A stretch of 64,000 bases of DNA from Callorhinchus milii (lineage: Eukaryota): NCBI RefSeq assembly GCF_018977255.1, contig NW_024704743.1, positions 60,824,001 to 60,888,000 on the forward strand, given 5' to 3'. The position numbers and the translations under genes were made by a program. Of the stretch, positions 36,381 through 49,697 are shown piece after piece; positions within the stretch are counted from its first letter, which is position 1, and each line of letters starts with the position of its first letter. The notes beneath the pieces are model-generated. The model had not been told where the DNA came from. It ran no database searches and worked only from the letters and a program-made list of their open reading frames with translations.

Positions 36381-36784
36381 ACACACCTTTGTTGCTTAAC
36401 AAGGAACACCTTTGGAAAGGTGAACATGGCAGTCAAATTCTAAAGCTTTCAATGACCTAGAATATTAACATAAATGTAAGGAACACTTCGTGAAATTGCT
36501 TTGTAAATCACTGCTACATATTTCCATGTGAATTGTACCTATGTGTTAAAATGTCTTTTGCATTTGTTTCAACAGTTAATCTACTGAAGTGCAGAGCAGC
36601 TTTGTGCAGCCAATCTCTCAGAGGTCTCTGGCTCTCCGTAATATATGTGAAAGCAAATGAAAGTCAAAGATCCTGCTATCTTTCCAAAACTTTTAAATTA
36701 ATGTTTGGTCAGATATGTTCTGAGAGCTGTCATCCTTCATCCTTTCAAACCCACCACTGGGGAAGGAAGATCAATACCTGGACT

Positions 36785-37165
36785 ATAATAATAATAATAA
36801 TAATAATAATCCTTGCAGTTGATATAGCGCTTTTCATGTCTTCTAGACGTCTCAAAGTACTTCACAGAATATACTGTAAAGTGAATTGACTGTATATTTG
36901 TGGGCAAAACGCAGCAGCCAATTGGGCACAGCAGTATCCCACAATCAGTCGTAGATTGAAAACAATAATAAATTGGTCATTTTCAACCTGAGTCAGGACC
37001 TTGGTTTAATGTTTCATCCGAAATATGACTTCAACAATACAACACTCCTCCAGCACCGTATTAAAGTGTCAGCCTAGACTGTGAGTTCAAAGTCCCATTA
37101 TGGGGCTTGAACCCACAACCTTCTGACTCAGGGGTGAAGGTTATAACAACTGAGTCAGGCTGTTA
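36785..37165 (-). mobile_element. SINE 3' part of the young family joined to an old Deu-SINE 5' part
   Basis: 36785-36987 matches the young SINE body; 36988-37165 matches the older head (ggggcttgaacccacaaccttctgactcag). Confidence 0.7.
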
Positions 37166-37934
37166 GCCCGTGGGTGACAATCAGGTGAAAAGTGAGAGAA
37201 GCAAAATTCCATCTGGTCTTAGTCTACAAGGCCATTTCATCATTAAAATTTAAGATTGTGCAGAATTATGGAAAATTCTTAAATTCAGTCTTAATTTGGA
37301 TATTGGTTTTCTACAGTTCTGTACAATATTACATTTTATGGCAAAATGGTCTTACAGGCAAAGATGAAGTGGAATTTGGGGTCTTAGGTTTGTGATACTT
37401 AACACTTTACAGTAACTACACTCTATAGTAAACCCTGTGAAGAAGTTTGAAATTCCTTCGGACGTGAAAAGCGCTGTTTCAAATATAAGTGTTATAAAGC
37501 ACAACAGGCTCAATGGATGAATGGTCTTCTGCTATTCCTGTGTTGTGATATCGGAAGACGACAAAGTCATTCTTTGCAATCAAAGCTGAGGCAGATCATG
37601 CTGTTTCTGGCAATTGCAGGAGGTAGACCTTAGGATTTAACAGCTTTCTGCTAAAGGTCAGACAATTGTTACAGGTGGTGTTAATTGATTTTCATAGCGC
37701 ATTAGGATTCATTCCTATTTGCTGAAGATACTTGTCTGGAGCAGATCCAGCTGGTTAAAGAATCCCATTAACAAACGAAAAATCAACTCAGTCGTCTTGA
37801 TAAGTTTGCAGTTTCACTGTTTCAAGCACATAACATTTGTGCCTTTGCAAAAATGTAACACTTAACATTTTTGCAAGCTCAAAATATATCTTTTCGGATC
37901 GAAAAATAAATCCAAGTAGTGTGTAAGAAGTAAT

Positions 37935-38610
37935 GGTAATAATAACATCTTGTGTTTATATACTGCCTTTCACATGGGGCAGCGCTTTTCACAACAGAGC
38001 GCTTAACAGTGACGGAGCGCGATGTTGAGTCGGGGGTTGGGGGTGGGGGGAGCATAAACATAATCGAAGAGAAAAGTCTTCAGGCATGATCTGAAAAAGG
38101 GAAGGAGCGGGCAAAGCAGAGGAACTGAGGGAGAGACTTCCAAAGTTTCAGGGCGTAGTGGCTGAAAGCACAAACGCTGATGGTGGAGCAGAGGGGATGA
38201 TGGACAAGCAGGAGGCCAGAGCCAGCTGAGCAGAGGTGCCAGATGGTGGAGTGGGGGTAAGCAGTTTGGAAAGATAGGAAGGTGTGAAGGGATTTGTCCA
38301 TGAGTCTGAAGATCTTGAACTCGATCCATTCTGCGATAGAAGGCTGGTGAGAACTGGTGTGATCGGACTACAAAGTTTATAATGGGTGAGTATGCGGGCA
38401 TGGAGTTCTGAATTAGTTAGATTTTGTGGATAGTTCACCTGGGTAGACCGGCAAGAAGAGCATTGGAATAGTCCAGGTGGGAGGTGACGAAAGCATGGAT
38501 GATGGTTTTGGCTGGCTTGGGTATGAGGTACAGTTGGAGGTGGGCAATGTGACGAAGGTAGAGGAAAGTGATCCTGGTTAGGGACTGGATGTGGGAAAGG
38601 AAGCACAACT
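37935..38610 (-). mobile_element. L2 LINE 3' fragment
   Basis: Reverse ORF remnants ...IIHAFVTSHLDYSNALLAGLP and ...CAFSHYALKLWKSLP. Confidence 0.85.
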
Positions 38611-39514
38611 TTGAGACGTCTAGAAGATGTGACAAGGCGCTATATCAAATACAATGTTTAGTATTATTATATTATAAAGGTGGGGGTAGTTGAGGTGGTC
38701 AGAGCTACAGGGGAGAAGTCATTGATGGGAGCCAAAGAATATGACTGTGGGGGGGTGGGGGTACGCAGAAAAAGGGTGACTTAGTCTGATATTCAGATAG
38801 TTGGCCGGGCCTTCTTTACCATTACTTGATCATGGAAATACAACTCTAATGGCTTCTTACATCATTGTTCTACTTATGTGGTAAAGTACAAAATACCTGC
38901 ACTTTACAGTAAATTCTGTTAAGCACCTTGAGACATCTTTAAAACACGAAAGGCATTCATATGCTGTGCTTTTCCCCAGGAGATGACAACGGGTTGGGTG
39001 AAGTCTGTGATATCATTGGTTCTGTAGAGAGAATACACTGGGTGGGGCCAATTGCCCTTTTCTGATTCCTTGGTTTCTTAAGAGCAAGTACTCCTGCCAA
39101 ATATTATCACAAGATGAAAGGCGATGTAACGCATTCTTTTGCTGAGCAAAACAAGCAAGGAGTTCAGATTGAACCAAATAAAAGCATTTGATCTCAGTAA
39201 TGTCACTGTGCTCTCACAGGCAAAGGCAGATCATGTCCTGGGAGCAGTTACTTTTCCACAGCAGGCAAGTTGGCAAACCAGAGGCTTTTTATGTGCCAAT
39301 GCAAGTGAGAGCCATAACCTGGGCCAATAGAAAAGTGCAGCAGCACCTTTTCAGCTGTAGCAGCCAAGGGTAACTAAATGTAGTTTCTGGCCCACGGGCC
39401 ACTCGTGCTGTTTGTCTGATGTCACTGCGGGCGGAGTGGCTCTGGATGCACATGCGCAGTGTGGCGCAAGCGACAAATGAGCTTCACTCGGAGGCCTCAC
39501 TGTTGTGATTGTCT

Positions 39515-39642
39515 GAGTCTGTGAGTGAGTGTCTGTGTGTGTGTGTCTCTGTGTCTGTGTGTGTGTGTCTGTGTGAGTGTGTGTGTCTCTGTGTGTGTGT
39601 GTGTGTGTGTGTGTGACGTGTGTATGTGTGTGTGTCTGTGTG
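39515..39642. repeat. Compound (TG)n/(TGTC)n microsatellite
   Basis: Visible directly in the sequence. Confidence 0.95.
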
Positions 39643-39737
39643 CGGTGCTGACCCTGAGAGGTAGGAGGTGGTGAGCTCCTGTAGCCTCACTGGTGCCCCC
39701 CCACCCCAAAAAAAAATGGCCACCCAGTTTTTGTTAC

Positions 39738-40094
39738 AGAACATAAGAAATTGGAGCAGGAGTAGGCCATTCGGCCCCTCGAGCCTGCCCCGCCATTTAA
39801 TAAGCTCATGGCCGATCTTCTAACCTAATTCCAATTACCTGCCCTACCCCCATATCCCTTAATCCCTTTCGTTTTTAAAAATCTATTGATCTCAGTCTTG
39901 AATATATTCAATGACTGAGTGTCCACAGTCTTCTGGGACAGAGAATTCCATAATTTCACTACTATCTGAGTGAAGAAACGTTTTCTCAACCCAGTTCTAA
40001 AGGGCTGACCTTTAATCCTGAGACTATGACCCCTAGTTTTAGATTCTCCAACCAGGGGAAACAGTCTCACGCTATCTACCCTGTTAAGACCTTT
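39738..40094 (-). mobile_element. CR1 LINE 3' end
   Basis: Reverse ORF RLFPLVGESKTRGHSLRIKG.PFRT..RK.FFTQ.VV.LWNSL (CR1 ORF2 C-terminus) and a ttcttatgttct tail. Confidence 0.9.
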
Positions 40095-41529
40095 ATTTTT
40101 TCATGTTTAGTTTTTATCAATAAAGTGAAAAAAGTAGCAGTAAAATGTACCTCAACAGCACCAATCAATCCTGCAATTCTCCCACAATCCCCCTGTAAAA
40201 TTTAGCAAAGGCCTCCGCAATTTCCTGCAAGATTCACAAAGTGCTCCGCAATTTTTCTCAAAAATATCCACACTTCTCTGTTGGCCCAGGCCATAAGTTA
40301 TGATCATCCACTGGGGTTGAAAATATTTAACAGCTTTAGGTCAGATGAAAGTATGTACGTACTCCATTTAACAGCATTCAAAATGGGGCATGACTTTCTC
40401 CAGTTCTGGTGAATCTGATTCTACTATGACAAATGTTCAACTCTTGAATATTGGCTTACAGTGGGCTGATGTACATTAATTTATCTTCCACAAAAATCTG
40501 ACGCATCCCAGGTCTAAAATGTTGCCCTTTGCTTCCATTTACAATTTGGTATTTGCTGTCAATTGCAGACAGGACTCACAGGAGCAGTCTCTCCACATAA
40601 ATTATACCACATCTAGGTGATTCTATAACTAAATATCTCCTTCAACTTTCTGTTTCGAGCTTCTTTAAAGTGTCTGAAATAGTTCAATGGCCTAATGATC
40701 AAATCCTCTCTCCACAAATCCAGGTTAAAAAAAATCCACTTAAACCTATCATTAAAATGTTATTTGATAATGAGAGCTTTACTTCTTTGGATCATTATGA
40801 CCCAAGAGGCTCTTTTGTTTGACCCCTAAAGGTAGATGCTGAATGCTTTATTTTTCATTTGAGACAGAGAAGTGCAAGATTATGTCGACTGGGTCTTTGT
40901 CTATGCAGCACACATTTCTGATTTATTTTTTCTATCATTTGTATTGTAGGGTGGAGGAGGTGCCAACATCTCACTCACTGGTATTACTCATGTTTAGTTT
41001 TGTGCAAAGAAAAGAGATTAAAATCAAATTTAATTTCTGAAATATAGAGTGCGCCTAAATTGAATTGGTTCAAACCAGAGTCCTACAAATAAATGAACTT
41101 ATTTTGCGGTGGTCCAGGTCCAACTTTAGTTCTGAGAAGAGAGAGGCTAATAATATTCATATTTGGTGTGGATTTTTAATATTCTGTTTCAAAAGCCCTG
41201 CATTATATAATCTGTAATATCTGCAACTGTCTGTCTCACCCAGACTGAGATTCCTCATCACTGAATGTAACAAATAGCAGCAGCGAGTTTTCATCAACTA
41301 TCATTTATTCACACCTACCACACACTTTACATTCGCTTTAGCACTTAGTTACAAGGTAGACATCCATCGTGTAACCTGGATCATTTTAAGTGGTTCTTTA
41401 TTGGATTTTCTATTTTGAATAAAGAACAATTCTAAGGGCAATAAGCAACCAACGTAATTAGACATTGTAGTATATATTCTGTATGGTATTCCATTGTATT
41501 TTCTTGAAACAATAACACAACATTGTTTC

Positions 41530-43332
41530 AACAACAACAAAATTACATTTGTATAGCGCCTTTCATGTTGGGAGGATGTCTCAAGGCGCTGGACATAGGG
41601 TCACGGAGCCTGGTGCAGGAGAGGATACGAGCTGCAGAGTTCTGGATGATCTGCAACGTATGAAGAGAGAGTTGGGGATGCCGGCAAGCAGGGAGTTTTC
41701 ATAGTCAAGCCTGCATTTTATGAATGCTCTGATGGAGGGAAGAGGGATGCGAGAGGAGAGGGAGACGAGGAAATGGTCAGAGTTGGCCTTGTCTGTGTTG
41801 GACAGACTGGAGATATCTAAGCTGTGGGTGATAACAAGGTCGAGGGGGTGGCCATGGGACAGGAGTAGTTGAGATGAAGGTTGAAGTCGCCCATGATGAG
41901 CAGGCGTTCAGTGCAGAGGGACAGGGATGAGAGGAAACAAGACATGTCCATGAGGAAGTAGCCAGGAGGTTTGGGGGGGTACACAAGGAGAATTTTGAAG
42001 GAGAGAGAGGAGGGATGGTAGAGGATGAGGTGCTCGAAAGAAGGGAAGCAGCCAGAGGAATAAGGGGATAGGTTAAAAGTAAAATAATGTGTGTCTAATG
42101 TTTTTATTGGTTGCTAACAGGTACAGGTACAAATACCATATTCACTGAGTCCCTGGCCCTGTATGACAAGTACCAAAAAAAGGAGAGAAAAATATATATA
42201 TAAACGTCCTGGACCTGGGTATAGCAAGTACAATTTCCATGTTTGGAGATGATACTAAGCTAGGAAAAGTAGTAAACAGTGAGGAGGATAGTTGCAGACT
42301 GCAAGAGGACATAGACACACTGGTAAAATGGGCAGACATGTGGCAGATGACGTTTTAATGTGGAGAAATGTCAAGTGTTGCATTTTGGGAGGCAGAATGA
42401 GGAGAGGCAATATAAGCTACAATCATAAAGGGGGTGAAGGAACAGAGAGACTTGGGGGTTCATATAAGTAAATCTTTGAAGGTAGCAGGATAAGTAGATG
42501 AAGCTGTTTAAAAAGAATATACGGAATATTAGGCTTTATAAATAGGGGTATAGAATACAATAGTCAGGAAGTTATGATGAACCTTTATAAAACACTGGTT
42601 AGGTCTCAGCTGGAGTACTGTGTTCAGTTCTGGGCATCAGACTTTAGGAAGGATGTCAAGGCATTGGAGAGGGTGCACAGGAGATTTACCAGGATGGTAC
42701 CAGGAATGAGGGACTTCAGTTATGGGGAGAGGCTAGAGACGCTAGGATTATTCTCCTTGGAGCAGAGAAGATTAAGAGGAGACTTAATAGAAATTTTCAA
42801 AATTCTGAGGAGATTCGATAGGGTGAACAAGGAGAAACTATTTACACTGGCGGGTGGGTCAGTAACTCGAGGATATCGATTTAAAATAGTTGTTAAAAGA
42901 AACAGAGGGGAGGGGAGGAGTGAGTTGTTTGGATCTGGAATGCATTGCCTGAAAGGGTGGTGGAAGCCGATTCGATAACAACTTTTAAGAGAGAAGTAGG
43001 TAAATTATTTGTGTAGGACAAGTTTGCAGGGCTATGGGGATAGAGTAGAGGAGTGGGATTGATTTGGATAGCTCTTTTCAAAGAGCTGGCACAGACACCA
43101 TGGGCCGACTGGCCTCCTTCTGTTCTGTATAATTCTATGATTTTATGAATGGGTGTATGAGCGTTTTGGCAGCCTGCAGTGTGAGGCAGTGGGGGAGCCG
43201 GGCGATGTTGCGAAGGTGGGGGAAGGCAGAGCAGGTCATGGCACGGATGTGGGGTAGACAGGATAGTTGAGGGTCAAACAAGACGCCAAGGTTCCCGACT
43301 GGCTCAGTAAGACGGAGTGTACATCCTTGGAT
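41530..43332 (-). mobile_element. L2 3' fragment (41530-41726 plus 43140-43332) split by a composite insertion
   Basis: The two pieces join into the continuous L2 sequence seen at 11220-11275. The insertion holds an L2 endonuclease piece (41733-42075, -) and a CR1. Confidence 0.8.
42192..43146 (+). mobile_element. CR1 LINE, 5'-truncated (about 950 bp)
   Basis: IYIN.LDLGI..TISMFGDDTKL RT motif; ORF 42574 LYKTLVRSQLEYCVQFW...LFSLEQRRLRGDLIE; (attctatg) tail. Confidence 0.93.
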
Positions 43333-43519
43333 TTCGGTATGTTTCTTGTCTAATTTTTCACCACAGGTTTCAGCTCTTCAATGCATTGTTTTGTTGCACA
43401 CTGGCAATGTTTTTAAAACTTTTGGGGGAGTAATGTTTTATCTCCTTTTTCCCTTTCCTCACCTTACATCCCCTGTGCTAATCTCACTGGGCCCCTTATA
43501 TAGGCAACACTGGGGCAGG

Positions 43520-43845
43520 TGTCAGCCCAGCTCAATGGGTAGCAGTCTGGTAGCAGTCAGCTCTGGATCAGAAGTTTGTGGAGTAGCACTGTATCATCAG
43601 AAGTGCTGTCCTTCAGATGAGCTATTAAACCGAGGTCCCATTTATCTGTTCAAGTGGATCCTATGGAACTATTTGAAAAAGAAGGATGTTTCTCCCGGTG
43701 TCCTAGCCAATAATCCCCCAGATAAATTGATCATTCACTTCATGGCTGTCTGTGGGCAGGTCTGCGAGCAAAATGGCTGCATTTGTCCACAAATCCGTCA
43801 TCACTCTTCACAGAAACTTAGTGAAGTGATTTGAGATGTTTTCGA
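43520..43845 (+). mobile_element. Old Deu-domain SINE
   Basis: gtgtcagcccagctcaatgggtagc head and Deu core. Confidence 0.6.
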
Positions 43846-43939
43846 CATATATGCTGTCGCTGAAGAGGACAAGCAGCCAGCCTATTCTCTGCCTCCACAC
43901 TGGCCACTCTTACAATGGTATTAGTGGAAACAAATGACA

Positions 43940-44207
43940 AAATAATCCTTGTATTTGATATAGCGCTTTCTCACATCTTCTAGACGTCTCAAAGCGCTTC
44001 ACAGATTATACTGTAAAGTAAATTGACTGTATATTTGTGGGTGAAACACCCCAGCCAATTGCGCTAGCAGTGTCCCACAAACCGTTGTAGATTGAGTGAC
44101 CAAATTATTATTGTTTTTCTTGAGGGATTATTATCATGCATGTGGAGTGAGGCAAGGAAACTTGCCCAAGGTTTCGCTGCAAGGAATCGAACCCGGGCCT
44201 CTCACAT
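43940..44207 (-). mobile_element. tRNA-derived SINE, about 150 bp upstream of the CALCR ATG exon
   Basis: Matches the family body and B box. Confidence 0.85.
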
Positions 44208-44389
44208 AACAAGGAAACAAACCTCTTGGGTTTTGCCTCATTCCTTGAGAGGTTTCTTTCTTCCATTCTTTCCACAGAAGTTCATTACAACTTGCATTCA
44301 GTCACTTACAGATCATAACGTACTAATATTTATCTTTAATTACATTTTTCAGGTATCTACAGAGACTGACCAGGGTTAGGAGATCAGCT

Positions 44390-44440
44390 ATGGCAAAGCT
44401 ATATGTGCACAGCCTCACACTATCAGTTGCACTTATTTTG
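44390..44440 (+). CDS. CALCR: Calcitonin receptor, first coding exon (signal peptide MAKLYVHSLTLSVALIL); exon probably starts at 44353 with 37 nt of 5'UTR
   Basis: Acceptor tacatttttcAG (ends 44352), ATG in good Kozak context (cagctATGG), 17 mostly hydrophobic codons, then donor GTGAGT at 44441. The 51-nt phase-0 coding part matches the known CALCR/CALCRL first coding exon and joins 53195 in frame. Confidence 0.85.
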
Positions 44441-47192
44441 GTGAGTAAAGCAATTTGAAGCTATCAGCATCAAGCAAAGCAGAGACCATTGCAATGGCCA
44501 TTGTGATTGCTATCCAGTGAGAAATCATCAGAATCAGAGATATGGGAGGAAACTTGATTATCATCTCAGCTCTGCCAGTGGTACTGTGAAGATAAGGCTC
44601 TGATTAAACAGGCAACTTGCAGGAATGAGAGAGACATTTCTAATGTAATGGGATTTTGCAATTATAAGCTCATACTGCCAAAGTCAGTAAATTTACTCAT
44701 CAGAAGGAAATAAGAGGCGTTTGCCTGCAAGGGTCAGCAAAGTGAAAGAAATTCAGAGGATCACTTTAAACTGGCTTCCTAATAAAGTACAAAAGGGAAT
44801 GGACAGGAAATGCAGGAGTTCAGACCAGATACATTGTCCTTAATTATTACAAACACTAACCTTGCTAAAAATAACAGTGAAGAGCTGTTCCTGTATCATA
44901 ATAGAAAAAGAGAGGAACCTGGAACTCTAAAGGATAAGACTGGTGATAAGAGGCAGCTCGAGTGGCTCGGATGATTTATCCATCTGACCAGACCAGGGGA
45001 TTCCAGATTCAGTCCCAAATTTGTACTGAGTGAGCTGATTTCAATCAAAGTGCTATTTTGTCCTCAGAACTATCGAACCCCTATTTAGCATTGCAAGATA
45101 TGATTGTAAGCACTCTTTGAGGTCTCTTTCTAATTTTAACTCAAAGCAATTTGTTGATGGAAATAGCCACAATCTATAAACTTTTACTGATTTCAGATAG
45201 ATTCAAGTTTCAAAACGTACACGATTCAAGCTTATTTAGAATTGAATGAATGCAAGGATGGGGTTGTAGGTGTTGGCACCAGCGAATGAGTGTGAGAGGC
45301 ACTGGCACTGCTGCAATGCTCTCTATCAGGAGGGTCTGAGATCAACCTGCTGAGACTCAGGCCTGTCTGTCTGTCTGTCTGTGAGTTTTGACAGTTTCTG
45401 GGAATAAGATGATAGGTAATGGGAGGACTTCGAAATGGTGAACCTTTAATCTCTATCTCAAGTGGAATGAGAATGGACAGAAATCACTGACAGCAGCAAT
45501 GAAGAAATCTAGTCAGAGTATCCTACCCCACAGAAAGTATGATGGTGGGCAGAATAAATAAAATGAGGGAAAACATGGATAAATAAAAGAGCAATAACCC
45601 AGTGCGCTGTATGTGGGCAAGGATTTTGTACCCATAGAGTGAGTTTACAATCTCAGCCCAGCCATTTTTGTCAACATAAGCACTATATCAAATGCAACGA
45701 TTACTATTATATCAAATGCAATTATGAGCAATTGCTGCTTAAGGATTATATATAACTGTGATGTCTATTATATACTTAATGCTAAAATGGTATTCTTTTC
45801 ACTATATCTTTATCATGAAGTTTCACATAATGAGTAGGTGATGCAGCCCGATAGTGGTTGAAGTGCACAGAGCTCAGTTTACACACCACAAGCTCGCTCA
45901 TTTGAATGCTGAGTTTGCTTGTCTCAGTCAGACTGCAGCTGGAGGCTAAATTGACTTTGAACTTCCTGCTTCTGGTCCATCTACAGCACCCTTTACAGGA
46001 TATGAGTGTGTGTGTCAGACAGGTGAGGAGGGGGTCAGACTAGGGTGTAACGCTTTCTATGGTGGTGTTGCCTGTCAGAACTCATTGCCAAGACTCCCAC
46101 ATGAACAATGGCCATGTGGGTGGGGTATCAGAGGACAACCAGAACCCATGAAACTGCACTACAGCAAGAGGAGGCCAGGCCAGGAGACAAGAGCAGAGGA
46201 CCAAGAGCAGAGAGCAACAACAACCACCAACAACTTTTTTTTATATAGCGCTTTTCATGCGTGATAGCGACTCTGAGTACTCGCATAGGATCAAAAACCG
46301 AGGATCAAGGGCAGAGAGATATATGTCAGTGTGGACACACTAAATAATAAAAGAAAGAACAGATGTTGTATGATAAACCTATATATTTATTATAATCCAA
46401 TTTTATATTCTTTGCACATCTTCTCATGCCAGAGCTGTAAAATGCTAAAATAAAAACGTATCAGTGCTGCTTCATTTATTTTTCTCCTAAACCTTAAGTA
46501 AACCCTAACTAATCCAGGGTCATCAGGCTTGCCTCATAGATACGGAGGCCAGTTCACAGTTCCCTGGCCTCTTTGTTTCTCCTGTTCCACTCGCCATGAG
46601 GTGGAAGTGATTGATGGTTTATCTTGACATGGCAAGGTCTCAATGGAATCTGCTGGATCAGGCCAGTGTGCTCCAATTCTGGCAGATGTGGGCAGACTGT
46701 GGAAAGATGAAAAGATCAGCTACTTATAGTTATGAGGGGTCTATACAAAGGGATAGGCTACCTGGGCCATAGAGCCAGCAATGAATCAAACAGTAGATTA
46801 AAGCTGGATCTTTGGCTCATGTGTCTCAGTGTCTACTTTGAAACTATTGACTCCTGACACTGGCGCTGAGAATCTTCAGTACTTCAGGTATGCTCAGTAC
46901 TTCAGGTATGCTCACTGCTTTGATCTTGGTTCACACTGTCTCGCCAGGGGAACACTGAATTAATTTGCTGCAGAAATTATTTGGTGCTTTTTAAAGAGAC
47001 ACTTAGATAAATATCGAAGAAGAAATCTGAAATGGTTTGCTGAAGAGGAAAAAGAATGGGACTAAATGGAAATCCCTTATGTATAGTGTTGCAGATAGAT
47101 GGATTAATGGCATCTATGATGCATCAAGTGTAACAAACAAGGAAATGGGGAGGTTAGGAGAATTGTTCATCCACAGAGTAGTTAAAATATGG

Positions 47193-47578
47193 TGGAGTCT
47201 TGTAGCTTAGTGGTTAAAGCACTCGCCTCGCAAGCAAGAGAACTTGAGTTTAATTCCTGGTAAGGTGAAATGCTGGGCAAGTTTCCTTGCTCCACGCGCC
47301 TGTTTACCTAGCAGTAAGTCGGAAACCGGTTGATACTCAGTTGGTGGATCACTTTTTTGGGGGTAATAATCCCTTCAAAAATACAATCAATCAATCAATC
47401 GGTGACTCAGTCCACGACTGTTCATGTGACACTGCGGTGCACAATTGGCTGCCACGTTTCACCCACAAAATATACAGTCAATTCACTTTACAGTATTTCC
47501 GTGAAGCTCTTTGAGACGTCTCGAAGACATGATAAGGGGCTATACCAAATGCAAGGATTATTATTGTTATATTATTAT
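47193..47578 (+). mobile_element. tRNA-derived SINE, long variant
   Basis: tggagtcttgtagcttagtggttaaagc head through to the (tta)n tail. Confidence 0.88.
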
Positions 47579-49344
47579 ATGAAATGTTCTGCTAAGAGCA
47601 GGAATTGAGGCAGATCCATATTAGCTTTCAAAAGCGACTAGGTAAATACTTAAAAAGGAGTAAACTACAGGGGCGAGAAGAAAAGGGGTTGAAAGGATTG
47701 TTCTTTAAAAGAGCCAGCACAGACAGGATAGGCCAAATGGCCTTCTTCTGTGCTGTAAATTTCTATTGTTCTAAATGTTTGATATGGAGCTAGAGAAGGT
47801 TACAGGACAGAGGGAGCAACAAACATACATTAAAGGTTCAATCTTCGCAACTAACTGCTTAAAGTGGTATAGTATAATTTCTTTAGTTCCATTTTTTGAA
47901 CCAGAACGAGGTTGAGATTTCATAGGAACAGAATTGTAATCTCCTTACACAAGATGGGGTCAATGTAACTTTTGACAAGAATTTTATAAGATGGCAAAAG
48001 AAAAGCCAGAAGCAGCAGCAATACAAGTATCATTCTAATATTTCATTTTTAGTGGAACTCTCTTATGTCAGTCCTGCATTACATTGCACTTACAGTGGAA
48101 TGAGACCCTTTAAATTACTCAATGCACACATTCATTTGTCAGATAGCTGTGCCTGTTAATGTCCTAGGGTGTAGACAGCACACGTTTCAGTTAATCAATA
48201 AAGAGAGAACAGGAAATTGAGGCCAGGCTACTATTTTATCACAGTGCCAACAAGCATTGGAAATCATGACTGAAAAATGCTGCTGAGTTTTGTTTAACTT
48301 TGTAAGACTGGTTTCTTTGTTAAATAATATGGACGTGAAAGGCATGAGCTTCAGTCAGTGCAAAATTACTGCAATACCTGTGGGTATTCCACAGTACAGC
48401 TACCGATGAATTTTCCGTTAGTAATTTTATAATGTTTGTATGCAATATTTATATCGGAATTTCTCAGATTCCAAGCAATAAAGCCTAATATGCAGCAAAG
48501 CCCTGTTATAATCAATATATCAGGATTGAGAATAGAGATGCTTACATGCACACAACAGGACCTCCATGTATTTTATATATATATAATATATATATATTAA
48601 TGTACCGGAACCAGGACATAAGATAAATGTGTAGACAATAGACTTGCATTTAATGATTCTCACTCACGGTCTTTTACTATCCTTTGTTTATGGAAAATTC
48701 TACCCTTGTAATATGAATGCTTTTACCTCAGATCATTTACTTGTCTAAAGTTTTGACTTCAGAAGATCAACATTTCACCTAGAAATAGCCCCAAATATTC
48801 TTTTGTCTTAAAATTTGAAATCCTACAGAATTATGGAAAAATCAACCTCAACGGCTCAATAAAGTCAGTGTTTCTATTCAATGTTGCTAAAGACTGAGTA
48901 AAATTTGTTAAAAGAAAAACAATAACTTGCATTTATATAAGGCCCTTCACATAGAGGAGTCTTGGAACGCTTAACTAGATGCAAAGAAACAAGAAGTAGT
49001 GAGTGGGTAATATGAAAAATTGTTGAGTTTAACAGGAGTAAAGTACTTCCAGCAAAAAATTTCAGGTTCCTTTGTGGTTCAATTGGTTTCCTGTGCTAAA
49101 ACCACTTTCCTGGTTGCTGGGTCAATGTTAGTGTCACTTCCTGCGTGTTGCACAAGTGCTGATGTCACTTTGCATAGCACTTAATGGCATGCAGTGCACA
49201 GGAAGTGATATCAGGAATGCTTTCCGTGCAGTGAGCACAAGAAGTGATATCAACGACAATATGATGACCCAATGATCAGCCTTTTGTTATGCTTTGCTTT
49301 AACTTGCGGATTTAAGATATGGACATAGACTACAGAGTTTCCCT

Positions 49345-49697
49345 GTATCGTAGCGCCTTATCACGTCTTCGAGACATTTCAAAGCGCTTCACAGAATATA
49401 CTGTAAAGTGAATTGACTGTATATTTTGTGGGCAAAATGCAGCAGCCAATTGCGCACAGCAGTGTCCCACAAACAGTAGTGCATTGAGTGACCAAATTAC
49501 TATTGATTTTTTAAGGGGTTATTACCTCCGGAAAAGTGATCCGCCAATTCGACTAACAACCGGGTTCCTACTTACTGTCAGGTGCCAGAGGTATGTGGAT
49601 TAATGAAACTTGCCCAAAGTTTCGCCTTGCCTGGGAATCAAACCCATTTCCTCTCGCTTGCGAGGCAAGTGATCTGATTACTATGCTACAGGACTCC
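49345..49697 (-). mobile_element. tRNA-derived SINE, long variant
   Basis: Ends gctacaggactcc (reverse head); body colinear with the family. Confidence 0.88.

Noticed and set aside
39484..39744. His/Thr-rich ORFs
   Set aside because: Translation of the (CA)n microsatellite.
46876..46914. Tandem 18-bp duplication (also 4866-4929 and 45684-45721)
   Set aside because: Ordinary slippage duplications with no sign of function.
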